This document shows positions 35,918 through 45,635 of a stretch of DNA of 64,000 nucleotides, piece after piece. The position numbers and the translations under genes are program-made. The stretch lies in the NCBI GenBank assembly GCA_944372335.1, contig CALVYQ010000003.1, positions 68,093-132,092 on the forward strand, given 5' to 3'. The notes below the pieces were generated by a model. That model worked only from the letters and a program-made list of their open reading frames with translations, was not told the DNA's origin and did not search any database. This DNA comes from an uncultured Clostridia bacterium. GTDB taxonomy: Bacteria > Bacillota > Clostridia > Christensenellales > UBA1242. Every line of letters begins with the position of its first letter. Within the stretch, counting starts at the first letter, position 1.

Positions 35918-38305
35918 TTATGAGTTTAGTTTTTTCACTTCTTCGATAAGTGCTTCAAGCTTTGAATTGATTTCCGAGATTTTGCTTTCGCTTTCCTTAC
36001 CTTTTGCGTGTTCCGCCTCATCTTGCAATTTTTCAATCTCTTTTGTTATCTCTTCACGCCTTTCATCATTCTCTGTGAGATTTGCTTCTTCTAAATTTTT
36101 AATAGCGACTTCAAACTCTCTATTGAGGTTATCTCTCATTTCGCTTAACTTATTGCGTTCTTCATTTATCTTTTTGTTGATTTCTTCAAGGTCAGTATTC
36201 TTTCTAGGCCTACCACGCTTACCTTTTGGCTTTACCTCTGTTTCTGTCACAATCTTTCTTGGACGACCGCGTTTCTTTGGCTCTGTTTTAGGCGTTGCAA
36301 CCTCTTCTACTGTTTGATTTTTTCTAGGCCTACCTGGTTTTCTTTTTGTGGTAGAAGTTTCTTCTTTCACAGGTGTCTTTCTAGGTCTACCACGCTTGCC
36401 CTTTGGTTTTTCTTCTGTTTCCTTTACTATCTTTCTTGGACGCCCTGCTTTTTTCTTCGGTTTTTCTTCGGTAGGTCGTTCGTTCTTATCATCCTCAATT
36501 TTTACTATTTCAAACTTTGCCTCTTTAACATTTTCATCTGGAAGAACGATTTGAGGTTCTTTTGGTTCTTCTTTCTTTTCTTCTGGTTGTGTAGTCTCTT
36601 GTGAATCTTTATAGTCATTCTTCTTACTGCTATTTACAACTTCCACATCTTTGTCGATATTTTCAATAACATTTTCTGCTACATTGAAGACATCGTCCTT
36701 TTCTGAAACATCATTTACATAATCGAAGGCATCTAGGCTGTCAAGATTGATAACTTTCTTCTCTTCCTTAACCTCTTCTTTCTTCTCTTCTTTCCTTATA
36801 AAGTTACCGTTTGCGTCATAGACGTTGCCTTCAGTGTCATGGAATAAGCCATCTTTATCATAGTAAGTTCCATTATCATATACAAAGTTGCCATTCTCAT
36901 CATACTTGCCGCTTGGCGTGCTCTCTTCTGACTGAGCATCATATTCGCCTTGATGGGTGTTTTTAAGTTTGATTTCAAGTTTGGCAATCTGTTCTTGTTG
37001 TTCTTCATTATTCTTCTTTAAACTGTCTAACCTATCTGCGAATGCAGTAGTCACAACCTTTTCCGCACTTACACAGAAATTGTTGAAGAAAGTTTGATAT
37101 TCACCAAGCATAACCTGTTCAACATTTTTCTTGCTATCATCAAGGTCTTGTTGATAGCGTTTGATTTCCTCTTCAAGTTCGTTCTTCTCTAAGAGATATC
37201 TCGCTCTTTGTTGTTCAAACTCTTGCTCTAATTGCTCTTGTTTTGCAATTTCCTGTGTCTGTTGTTTTCTTAGATAGTTACTTTCAATTCTATTTGTGGT
37301 CTCTTCTTGTTGTTGTAGCAATCTATCCACATTCTCTTTGGAGGCCTGAAGCTTATTTTGATAATCTTTCTGCACATTATCAAAATTTTTCTTACGTGTG
37401 TCCAATTCGCTTTCAAGTTGGGCAATTCTAACAAGCATTTTCTCTTTCTTTTTAAGATAGATTTCACTTTCTTTCATAGCTCTATCAAGCACAACCGAAC
37501 CATTTACGCCAACTGAAGAAAAATCATATTTTTCATATTCAACATCATTTTCTTTAGCTTTATTGAATTCCTCTTTTTCACGTCTTGCTTTGAAATCCAA
37601 AAATTCACGAAGCACCGGTTGTCCTTTTTCAATCTCTTGAGGAGTGAAGAGAATTTGATAGTCTATATATGATGGCAAATCAACGCAGGCATTATCCATA
37701 AATCTTCCAAACATAGAAACGCTTTGATAAAGAGAATTTAAAAGGGCATTTTTTCTTGCACGAAGGTATATTGTGAAGATTAAATTCAAAAGATAGATAA
37801 GTGCAACAATAAACACAGCTCCTGCAATAACATCTGCCGTCATAACATTTCCAGCTGGGTCAAGCACGATAAAGAATATTGCCATGATGATAGCCCAAGC
37901 CGTGCTTATTAGATTTAAGTTTTTAATATTTGAGTTATATGATGAAGTTTTTAAAGGTTTTTCCACCAAATTTTCTGACGACATATATGACGAAGGCGAG
38001 CCCTCACGGAAAAGTATGTATTGTTGCCAGAAATAGCACAATCTTTTTGGCCCTTTTGCTTTTAACATATCATTAAATTCCCGAATATTCTCTTCGGTTA
38101 TGACCTTACGTTCAAAAAGCCAAAAATTCACCTTATCTAGCGTTCTATTCAAAGTTGCTTCATACGAAAACGCAGACTTAATGAGAAAGAAAAGCACAAT
38201 TAATGCTTCAACTGCGATGGCAATAATAAAAAGCACATCTTCAGAAATTCTTGGGGCTATGTCTCCTAAAAAGTCAACAATGCCCGTTACGATATCTAAC
38301 ATCAT
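35918..38305 (-). CDS. Membrane-anchored coiled-coil protein with six AT-hook (GRPRK) motifs
   Basis: 795 aa; N-terminal TM helices, a ~250-aa Gln/Glu/Lys coiled coil, and C-terminal repeats K(K/R)xGRPRK(I/N/T) x6. Confidence 0.75.
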   Translation of the reverse strand: MMLDIVTGIVDFLGDIAPRISEDVLFIIAIAVEALIVLFFLIKSAFSYEATLNRTLDKVNFWLFERKVITEENIREFNDMLKAKGPKRLCYFWQQYILFREGSPSSYMSSENLVEKPLKTSSYNSNIKNLNLISTAWAIIMAIFFIVLDPAGNVMTADVIAGAVFIVALIYLLNLIFTIYLRARKNALLNSLYQSVSMFGRFMDNACVDLPSYIDYQILFTPQEIEKGQPVLREFLDFKARREKEEFNKAKENDVEYEKYDFSSVGVNGSVVLDRAMKESEIYLKKKEKMLVRIAQLESELDTRKKNFDNVQKDYQNKLQASKENVDRLLQQQEETTNRIESNYLRKQQTQEIAKQEQLEQEFEQQRARYLLEKNELEEEIKRYQQDLDDSKKNVEQVMLGEYQTFFNNFCVSAEKVVTTAFADRLDSLKKNNEEQQEQIAKLEIKLKNTHQGEYDAQSEESTPSGKYDENGNFVYDNGTYYDKDGLFHDTEGNVYDANGNFIRKEEKKEEVKEEKKVINLDSLDAFDYVNDVSEKDDVFNVAENVIENIDKDVEVVNSSKKNDYKDSQETTQPEEKKEEPKEPQIVLPDENVKEAKFEIVKIEDDKNERPTEEKPKKKAGRPRKIVKETEEKPKGKRGRPRKTPVKEETSTTKRKPGRPRKNQTVEEVATPKTEPKKRGRPRKIVTETEVKPKGKRGRPRKNTDLEEINKKINEERNKLSEMRDNLNREFEVAIKNLEEANLTENDERREEITKEIEKLQDEAEHAKGKESESKISEINSKLEALIEEVKKLNS

Positions 38306-38465
38306 GGCGATATCCCTCCTTGATAGACTTAGTATAGCACAAGAAAAAAATAAATACTAATAATTTTCAATAATTTTTTAAATATTTTTTGATTATTTTT
38401 TTAGTATTTATTTTTTTACCTATTTTTAAGTTATTTTTCTTGATTTTTTTGATAAATATATGGGC

Positions 38466-41400
38466 TTAATCGTCAGTAATTTCAATTAAATCGGTATATT
38501 TTAAATTTAACAAAAACATTTTTTCTACTTCGACACCAAGTCCGCTCATTATGGCATTTTTATATAAATCAAGTTGTGTCTTATACCTATTAATTAATTT
38601 TTGACTATTTTTGGTGGAAGAATATTTATAATCTATTAAAGTTGCTTTATTTCCATTGATTATAAATAGATCGACAACGCCTTGCACTAAGATATCATCT
38701 TTAATATCGACATTTTTAATAAGCTTGCAAAGAGCGTCTTTCATAACAAATTCCTGTTCCTTATAGATATTTCCCTCTTTTGTGAAAGGTTTTAAAAGTT
38801 GAATATTTTTATATAACAAATCTAAATCTATTTTATCTTTATCTAGTGAAGAAGAAAAATATTTTTCTATATCGCTTTCTTCATTAATCATGTTAAAGTC
38901 AATGTTTTTCAGTGCCAAGTGGTATGCATTTCCAATTTCCACCGCATCTAAATTCACCTCTACCATATTTGATGGCAAGAATACTTCCTTTTCTTCATAC
39001 TTTTTAGTCAAGCTTGTAACTGAGTTTTTATAGGCAATATTTTCTTCATTTTTAAAAAGATAATCATAATTTAGATATTCTTTAATCTCTCTTTCTAACT
39101 TCTCATCACCTTTACCAAATAGTTGCGACTTGGCCTCTATCTCAAATTCTTCCACTTCTGTGATGAGATTATAGCTTACCGCTCCTTTAACTAAGCGTTC
39201 CTCATTCAAAAACTTTTCAATTTCTAGTGGACTAAGTGCGGCATAGACATAATCAAAATAGCTATCATATTTTATTGTGTATGGATTTTTAAATTCTCCA
39301 ATTAAGTAGAGCCTATTTTTAGCACGTGTCAACGCTACATAGAAAATCATCATCTCTTCTTGAAAGCGTTTTTGTTCGTCCAAATATCTTATCGCTAATA
39401 GTTTAACCGTCTTTTCTTCTTGCCCGTCCTCATGTCGTTTTACAGCTATTCCAAGATTTTCGTCCATGCTGATATCACCATAACGCTCCTGTTTCTTTAA
39501 ACTTTTCCCGGCACCAATGATGATGACAACAGGATACTCTAAGCCCTTAGTCTTATGAATGGTGGTGAGCAGTATGGCATTTTCTCCACCAGCCTCACCG
39601 CTATCTTCAATATCAACATTTTCAAAATAAGAGATAAGTGACGGAAGGTCAAAATCGAAAGAAGAATTTTCAATCTCACTTAGAAATTTATTAACAGAAT
39701 TTCTAAGAGTACTCGATTTTGCGTTTATATAGGCATAATAATGTGTTTTATCAAATAATAATTCAAAGGCTCGCCTATAGCCATAGATGATGCCGTTGTT
39801 TTTAAATTCCTCTAAAAGAGATATGATGTTGCCATACTTTTCTTGCACCTCAATAAATAACGGCTTTCCGCTTCCCCTTAACGAATATACCTCATCTTGA
39901 TTTAATCTTCCAAAGTTAGACATCAAAACAGACAAAAGTGCAATTTCATCGCTTGGAAAAAGAGTGACCTTCAAAATATTTAGTAGCACCTCAATCTCTG
40001 GCGTGTCTAAAAGTTTTCTCTTTTTATTTGTGACAACAGGAAAGCCTTTTTCTTTTAAGTATTCACCAAGTCTATTGAAAAAAGGAGAACGACTGCGTGA
40101 GAGAATGGCTATATCTTTAAACTCGCACTGTCTATATGCTTCTAAATCTGGGTCATAGATTTTTGACTTCAAAGCCTCTTCCACTCGAACTAGAACAACT
40201 TGAAGCTCTCTTTTAAACTCTTTAGAAGTTAGCTCTGCCTCTTTGACACTGTAAACTTCCTTTAAAGTTTCCTCTTCCGCTTTTTCCGGCACGACCATAT
40301 CAACAACCACCACACCATCGTCTTTAAAATCTTTTCTCCCCTCTAACATAGAGGTCTTTTTATAGTCGATGTTGGAATTTTCTTTGGTCATGGCATCTTT
40401 AAATAAATCGTTTATGAAATTTAAAATTTTCTTGCTTGTTCGGAAATTTGACTTCAAAAATAGTGCCTCGTCTTCTTTGCTCTTTGAAAAATCTTCCACA
40501 TCTTTCAGAAAGATTTTAGAGCTTGCAAGACGAAAGCCATAAATACCCTGCTTAGCATCACCGACAGCCACAAAATGAGAGTTTTTTGCCACAGTTTTAA
40601 CTATTCGTTCTTGCAGGCTGTTTGTGTCTTGGTATTCATCTATGAAGACATATTCAAAGTCCTCGTTAAACAAATCGTTTTCAATGAGCGAAAGCATATT
40701 CTGCTCTAAATCGGAAAAGTCTAAGATGTTTTGATTTTTTTTAAGCTTTGTGTATTCTTGCATAAATGCCCCGTAGAGCTTTATGAGAGCAATTTCAAGT
40801 TCGCCTTTTTTCTCTTCCTCAAGCTTTTCCTCAGAAAGTGAGAGTTCTTTTATATCATCAAAAATATCTTTTAATTCTTTTTTTATTCCTCTTAAAACTA
40901 AAATTTTATCCTCTCCGACATCTTTGGCATTAGGTAGTCTTGGAAAGGAATAACTCTCCAAAAATTTTGCTCTATCTAAAAGGGTTCCTTTTTTTAATTC
41001 TTCTAGCTTAAAGTCGAAATCAAGATGTTCTTTTTCTATAGTCTCTTCTGTAACCACAATCGCTCTATCCAATCTCTCAGTCACCACTTTTTCGGCTTCA
41101 GAATATATGGAAGCTTGCCTAGTTAAAATTTTTTCAGTAAAGTCTTTCTTATCTGCCACCGCCTCCATCATATCTCCTATCTCCATGATGGCATCAAAAA
41201 GTTTTCTTTCACTGCTGTTAAAGGCATAGTATATAGCAAAGAAAGCTTCATCGTTTTTCATTTTTTTTACGCACTCTTTCATTGCTTCTTTTTTTAGCTT
41301 GTTCGCAAGATTTTCGTCTGCCAAAGTAAAGTTATCTTTTAGTTTTAAAATGTTGGCGTATTTTTTTAAACAGTGCTCACAATAGGAGTGGATTGTCGAG

Positions 41401-41678
41401 ATATTTGACACAGAAAGGTCGTCTATCTGCTTTAAAATGAAATCATCAACATTCTCTACGGCTTTTAAGTTTTTAAGCAAACGCTCTTTCATTTCAATAG
41501 AGGCATTTTTTGTGAAAGTTAATATTAAAAGTTTGCGAATAGGAATTCTTTTTTCGCAGATGAGTTTGGTTATAAATTTTATTAAAACATACGTCTTTCC
41601 GCTTCCCGCCGAAGCCGAAACAATAAGATTTTGCTTGTTAAAGGAAAGCACCGCATCTTGTTCTTTTATTTCCATCAA
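38466..41678 (-). CDS. addA: ATP-dependent helicase/nuclease subunit A
   Basis: 1070 aa; UvrD-type Walker A SASAGSGKTYVL, DEYQDT, C-terminal RecB-type nuclease (GVVDLF...LIDYKYS); overlaps addB. Confidence 0.85.
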   Translation of the reverse strand: MMEIKEQDAVLSFNKQNLIVSASAGSGKTYVLIKFITKLICEKRIPIRKLLILTFTKNASIEMKERLLKNLKAVENVDDFILKQIDDLSVSNISTIHSYCEHCLKKYANILKLKDNFTLADENLANKLKKEAMKECVKKMKNDEAFFAIYYAFNSSERKLFDAIMEIGDMMEAVADKKDFTEKILTRQASIYSEAEKVVTERLDRAIVVTEETIEKEHLDFDFKLEELKKGTLLDRAKFLESYSFPRLPNAKDVGEDKILVLRGIKKELKDIFDDIKELSLSEEKLEEEKKGELEIALIKLYGAFMQEYTKLKKNQNILDFSDLEQNMLSLIENDLFNEDFEYVFIDEYQDTNSLQERIVKTVAKNSHFVAVGDAKQGIYGFRLASSKIFLKDVEDFSKSKEDEALFLKSNFRTSKKILNFINDLFKDAMTKENSNIDYKKTSMLEGRKDFKDDGVVVVDMVVPEKAEEETLKEVYSVKEAELTSKEFKRELQVVLVRVEEALKSKIYDPDLEAYRQCEFKDIAILSRSRSPFFNRLGEYLKEKGFPVVTNKKRKLLDTPEIEVLLNILKVTLFPSDEIALLSVLMSNFGRLNQDEVYSLRGSGKPLFIEVQEKYGNIISLLEEFKNNGIIYGYRRAFELLFDKTHYYAYINAKSSTLRNSVNKFLSEIENSSFDFDLPSLISYFENVDIEDSGEAGGENAILLTTIHKTKGLEYPVVIIIGAGKSLKKQERYGDISMDENLGIAVKRHEDGQEEKTVKLLAIRYLDEQKRFQEEMMIFYVALTRAKNRLYLIGEFKNPYTIKYDSYFDYVYAALSPLEIEKFLNEERLVKGAVSYNLITEVEEFEIEAKSQLFGKGDEKLEREIKEYLNYDYLFKNEENIAYKNSVTSLTKKYEEKEVFLPSNMVEVNLDAVEIGNAYHLALKNIDFNMINEESDIEKYFSSSLDKDKIDLDLLYKNIQLLKPFTKEGNIYKEQEFVMKDALCKLIKNVDIKDDILVQGVVDLFIINGNKATLIDYKYSSTKNSQKLINRYKTQLDLYKNAIMSGLGVEVEKMFLLNLKYTDLIEITDD

Positions 41679-44662
41679 AACGCCCCCTTTTTCTTTCTTT
41701 CGCCTAACCCGTCAAACTTGCAAACTGATTTGTATGGACAAAATTTGCATTCGTTCTCAAGAGGCTTTGGTGCAATATATCCCTCTTCTATCTCCTCAAT
41801 CGCTTTCTTAGACACAGCAAGAGCATAGTCAAAATACTTTTGAAAATCACTGACGAAATTGGCGTATTTAAACTCCTCTTTCTTTGCTTTTTTCTCTGCA
41901 CCAATTATGTCACTTCTAAACTTTTCCTCCTCTAGTCGATAATCGGTGGCATAGACAATCTCTCTGTCATTTAAAGTTACGCCATTTAAAAGTTTTGTTT
42001 TAGCTCCTGTCTTTTTAAATTTACTTTTACAATCAAAATAATAGAGCCCTGAGCAAGTCTTTTTCTTTTTTTCACAAATCACACTGCCGTAAAGGAAAAG
42101 TTGTAATTTTCTTCCACAGTACAAATCTTTTAAAATTCCATCTACCTCGCCCGTTTTGTAGTCAATTACTCTGATGTTGTCTTTATAACTATCAACCCTA
42201 TCTATTATGCCAACAAATTTCTTATCAGCAATCGAACTTTCCACCCTTTCTTCCACATTCTCAATCTGAAAGTCACTTTGTTTTTGCTCATATACTAAAT
42301 TTAAAAGCATAGCCTTACACTCTCTAAATAAATTGTGTATAAAGGCACGGTTATTAAGAGAAATTTGCTCAAAGTGTTTTTCGCATAACATTTTAAATTT
42401 TCGTCTTAAAAATTCTTCAACATTCTTTTCGGTCAATGTCTTTATCTTAAAATTATTCTCTTCAACAAAAAGTTTGTTTAATTCATGCTTAAAACTTCCA
42501 ATTATACGCTTATCTTCTTTCGCATACTCCTTTTCTTTTATTTTTAAAATATATGAAAGAAAATGCTTAAACGGACAAGCAAAATAACTTTCAAGCTCTG
42601 ATGCGGAAATTTTTTCGCCAAGAGGATTGCTGTTTAAATTTTCATAGTCAAAACTGAACATATCACTATCCACAACAGCGTGTGCCGAGTTTGCTGTTCT
42701 TTCGTCAAGTTCGCCGATGATTTTCTTTAAATTTTCTTCTGCAACACCACTATTGGACAAATGAAAATTTAAAAGTTTAAGTTTGCCATTTTCGTCCAGG
42801 TCAGGACGCTTGAAGTTTAAAAGTGAAGAGGTGGATAAAACACAAGGAGAGCCAAAAACTTTCACTAAATCTTCAACAAAACTAGCCTTTCTGCCCTCAC
42901 CACCAAGCGGAGTGGAAACAAAAAGCTTTTTATCTGCGTGTTGTAGTACCTCAAACAACTTTAATCTATTACGCCTATTTATCGTCCTTATCTCAGGCTC
43001 AATTCTTTTAAGATAGTTTAACTTCGACAAATCTTCATCAGTAATAAGCCCGTTATCCTTTTCGGTACGTGGAAGAAGAGAAGCAGTCGCTCCTAAAATA
43101 AAAAGATATGGCGTGTCAGCAAAATAGCTTTTTGTGGCATCACCAACATAGACAGCATCGATAAAAGATGGCACGGTTTCCACCTTGATACTTTGAAATA
43201 TTGTCGAAATAAGCGTTTTAAAATCTTCTAATGATAAGGCAATCTTTCGTTCTCTCAGCTCTTCAAGTATCTTTTCAATATATTCTAAAGCCTGCTCGTT
43301 TTCACTACTTTTTTGTAAATCATCAATCTCAAAATTCTCAAGATTGTGTTTAGCAAGCTCCACAATTTTAAGCGAATTCTCAACATACTCTTCTATTCCT
43401 GTATTGTCTTTAAAGGAATTTAATATCTCAAAGATATAATCAAGTGCATTTGAGCGTTGTTTGAAATCGTCTATGTTATCTATCTCATAATAATCCACTA
43501 GCTTTAAAAGAGTTTCTCTGTCATCAACAGCAATAAAAGGTGTGGATAAAAGATATTTTAGCCCCTCATTATTGACTATACCTGTCTGAGATAACAGCTT
43601 TAAAAAGAATTTGCTTACAGCAACATCTCCAAGCGTCAGAGTGTAATCGGCATAAACAGGAATATCGTATTTTGAAAAAAGTTTTGCTATCTTTTTAAAA
43701 TATCCCTCTTCAGGCACAGCAATAGCAAAGTCCTTAAAACGTACACCGCTATGTATCATATATATGATATATTTTGCCACAAACTCAAGTTCATCTTCTT
43801 CATCACTTGACACAATATTGACAAAATATGAGGAAGAGTAACCTTCTGTTTGGACGGAAAAGACATTTTTCAAGACGGCTAGCTTATCATCACTTAGTTT
43901 TGGTGGCATTTCTTTCACCTTAACCATTATTCCTCTTTCATTTGCTAATGACAACATCTTTTCCACAGTGTCAGTTTCATATATATACGAATTTCCATAA
44001 CCTAAGGGCTTTGAAACTCCAATGGTTACTCTCTTTACCTTTTTTGAAAGTGCACAAATAAAGGAAAATATTTTACGAGAAAAACTGTCAAAATTGACAA
44101 AATATAGATTGTAATTTTTTAAATCAAAAAATTCGCTCTTTTCAAGAAAAAAGTCTAAAAGTTTTGAAAGGTCAAGTTTGTCTTCAATAAGTTTTAAATA
44201 TTCATCATAGATGAGCCTTAAATCATGCATTTTCTTTGAAAGCACCTCATCATCGCAGTCTTTGATATCTTCAGCTTTAAGTTCACAGTTTGAAAATTGT
44301 TTTAAAAGCTCTAAAACGCTTATAGCAAATTCCATGCCGTAGTTTTTAAAATATAAAAAATCTTTTTCGCACCTTTTTATTGCTTCAAATGTATATAAAA
44401 TTTCATCTAGTCCACTTATACGGTCAAACTTTATATTATGTTCTCTTAAAAGTTTCCCTGCCAGCCTTGAGATGCCAACAACAGAGATATTAAATGTGGC
44501 TTTTATATTCAATACATCAAAAATCAAACTCTCCGCTTGCATAGAAAAACTATCTGGCACAACCACCAAATTCTTTTCATTAAGATTTCTATAATCAATC
44601 TCTTTAATTACCTCTTTAGTTGCTTCATAAAGAGTGGCTGAGGATATAAAACGCATTTCCAT
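41675..44662 (-). CDS. addB: Helicase/nuclease subunit B (RexB-type, no N-terminal Walker A)
   Basis: 995 aa upstream of addA; 1+3 Cys iron-staple pattern (YFACPFKHF ... CKFCPYKSVC); nuclease motif VIDYKTG. Confidence 0.8.
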   Translation of the reverse strand: MEMRFISSATLYEATKEVIKEIDYRNLNEKNLVVVPDSFSMQAESLIFDVLNIKATFNISVVGISRLAGKLLREHNIKFDRISGLDEILYTFEAIKRCEKDFLYFKNYGMEFAISVLELLKQFSNCELKAEDIKDCDDEVLSKKMHDLRLIYDEYLKLIEDKLDLSKLLDFFLEKSEFFDLKNYNLYFVNFDSFSRKIFSFICALSKKVKRVTIGVSKPLGYGNSYIYETDTVEKMLSLANERGIMVKVKEMPPKLSDDKLAVLKNVFSVQTEGYSSSYFVNIVSSDEEDELEFVAKYIIYMIHSGVRFKDFAIAVPEEGYFKKIAKLFSKYDIPVYADYTLTLGDVAVSKFFLKLLSQTGIVNNEGLKYLLSTPFIAVDDRETLLKLVDYYEIDNIDDFKQRSNALDYIFEILNSFKDNTGIEEYVENSLKIVELAKHNLENFEIDDLQKSSENEQALEYIEKILEELRERKIALSLEDFKTLISTIFQSIKVETVPSFIDAVYVGDATKSYFADTPYLFILGATASLLPRTEKDNGLITDEDLSKLNYLKRIEPEIRTINRRNRLKLFEVLQHADKKLFVSTPLGGEGRKASFVEDLVKVFGSPCVLSTSSLLNFKRPDLDENGKLKLLNFHLSNSGVAEENLKKIIGELDERTANSAHAVVDSDMFSFDYENLNSNPLGEKISASELESYFACPFKHFLSYILKIKEKEYAKEDKRIIGSFKHELNKLFVEENNFKIKTLTEKNVEEFLRRKFKMLCEKHFEQISLNNRAFIHNLFRECKAMLLNLVYEQKQSDFQIENVEERVESSIADKKFVGIIDRVDSYKDNIRVIDYKTGEVDGILKDLYCGRKLQLFLYGSVICEKKKKTCSGLYYFDCKSKFKKTGAKTKLLNGVTLNDREIVYATDYRLEEEKFRSDIIGAEKKAKKEEFKYANFVSDFQKYFDYALAVSKKAIEEIEEGYIAPKPLENECKFCPYKSVCKFDGLGERKKKGAF

Positions 44663-44678
44663 TTATATATTTTATCAC

Positions 44679-44710
44679 AAAAAAAGATATTTTCAAAGCG
44701 AAAATATCTT
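44679..44710 (-). terminator. Intrinsic terminator after the Myb-like gene
   Basis: 11-bp stem AAGATATTTTC/GAAAATATCTT followed by TTTTTTT on the minus strand. Confidence 0.6.
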
Positions 44711-44722
44711 GGTATAATAATT

Positions 44723-45442
44723 TTAATTTGCCCTAATAGTCTTTTTCTGTGAAAGTTCTTCCTTTAATTTATCACCTTTTGAAAGCAAAAATTTTCTCAC
44801 ACGCTCAGCAAGTTTTTCATTTTCAAGCTTAAGCTTTTTTAAATCTTCTTTGATAAAGAAAATTTCCCTGTCCTTTTTGGCTAGTTCTGCATAAGCCTCT
44901 TTCAATAGATTAGCAGTATTACGCACTCGCTCTTCCGCCGACTCCGATGCATTTTTTTTGATAAGCTTGACAAGTCCTAGAAAAAGACTGTTTATATCAC
45001 TATCTGTTAAAAACTTTTGTCTAAATTTAACGATATTATTTGGCAGCGTGTTCTGAGTTTTTAAGTTTTGATATTTATTTTGCAGTCTTGTCATAAGCGT
45101 CATATCACCTCCGCTTAACTTAAAGCACGCTGAGCGTACTGACATTCCACTTTCCGTCAAAGCCTTTATCTCTTTCATAAAATTTTCCTCTTGCTCTTTC
45201 GTGAAAGGAATAAGCTTGTTTTTTGTATGTTTATCAAGATCTATATTAAGCCGATTTGCACGCTCATTGTCCTTTTCAAGATTATCTACTTCATGATAAT
45301 AGTAATTTCTCACACTGTTAGCCTTTCTCTTGAATTTTTTTGCGTGCTTTTCAAAGGCTTCTCTTAGTGCCAACCCAGAGTTTTTAACATTTTCAACTTC
45401 CATAAATAGACTTTTAACTTCATCATCATTCCAAATATTCAT
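44723..45442 (-). CDS. Myb/SANT-like (RsfA-type) DNA-binding domain protein with C-terminal coiled coil
   Basis: WNDDEVKSLFMEV...ANSVRNYYYHEV resembles a Myb-like repeat; the C-terminal 70 aa are Lys/Glu coiled coil. ATG 45442 lies behind GAGAGGTG. Confidence 0.5.
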   Translation of the reverse strand: MNIWNDDEVKSLFMEVENVKNSGLALREAFEKHAKKFKRKANSVRNYYYHEVDNLEKDNERANRLNIDLDKHTKNKLIPFTKEQEENFMKEIKALTESGMSVRSACFKLSGGDMTLMTRLQNKYQNLKTQNTLPNNIVKFRQKFLTDSDINSLFLGLVKLIKKNASESAEERVRNTANLLKEAYAELAKKDREIFFIKEDLKKLKLENEKLAERVRKFLLSKGDKLKEELSQKKTIRAN

Positions 45443-45574
45443 AATCACCTCTCGTCTTTATTTATTGCCATGAAAAAGAAATTTAAACAAAGAATAAAAA
45501 GCAATTTATTTTTTAAAAATATCAACTTTCTTAAAATTTAATTAAAAAAATATGATTTTTTATAAAAAATGATA

Positions 45575-45618
45575 TAAATAAAAAACTCTATAACAGACGA
45601 AAATCCGTCATTATAGAG
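45575..45618 (-). terminator. Strong intrinsic terminator at the downstream end of the array (minus-strand sense)
   Basis: CTCTATAA-T-GACG-loop-CGTC-TG-TTATAGAG (12 bp) followed by TTTTTTATTT. Confidence 0.7.
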
Positions 45619-45635
45619 TTCTTTATCGTTCCCCT

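Noticed and set aside
35967-36604. Plus-strand ORFs of 116, 96 and 68 aa (Ser/Leu/Phe-rich)
   Set aside because: They are antisense to the low-complexity Lys/Glu/AT-hook region of the 795-aa gene, a mirror-frame artefact.
45470-45541. 23-aa plus-strand ORF (MKKKFKQRIKSNLFFKNINFLKI) in the AT-rich region beside the array
   Set aside because: It is a low-complexity AT-rich translation with no RBS, and most likely just leader/promoter DNA.
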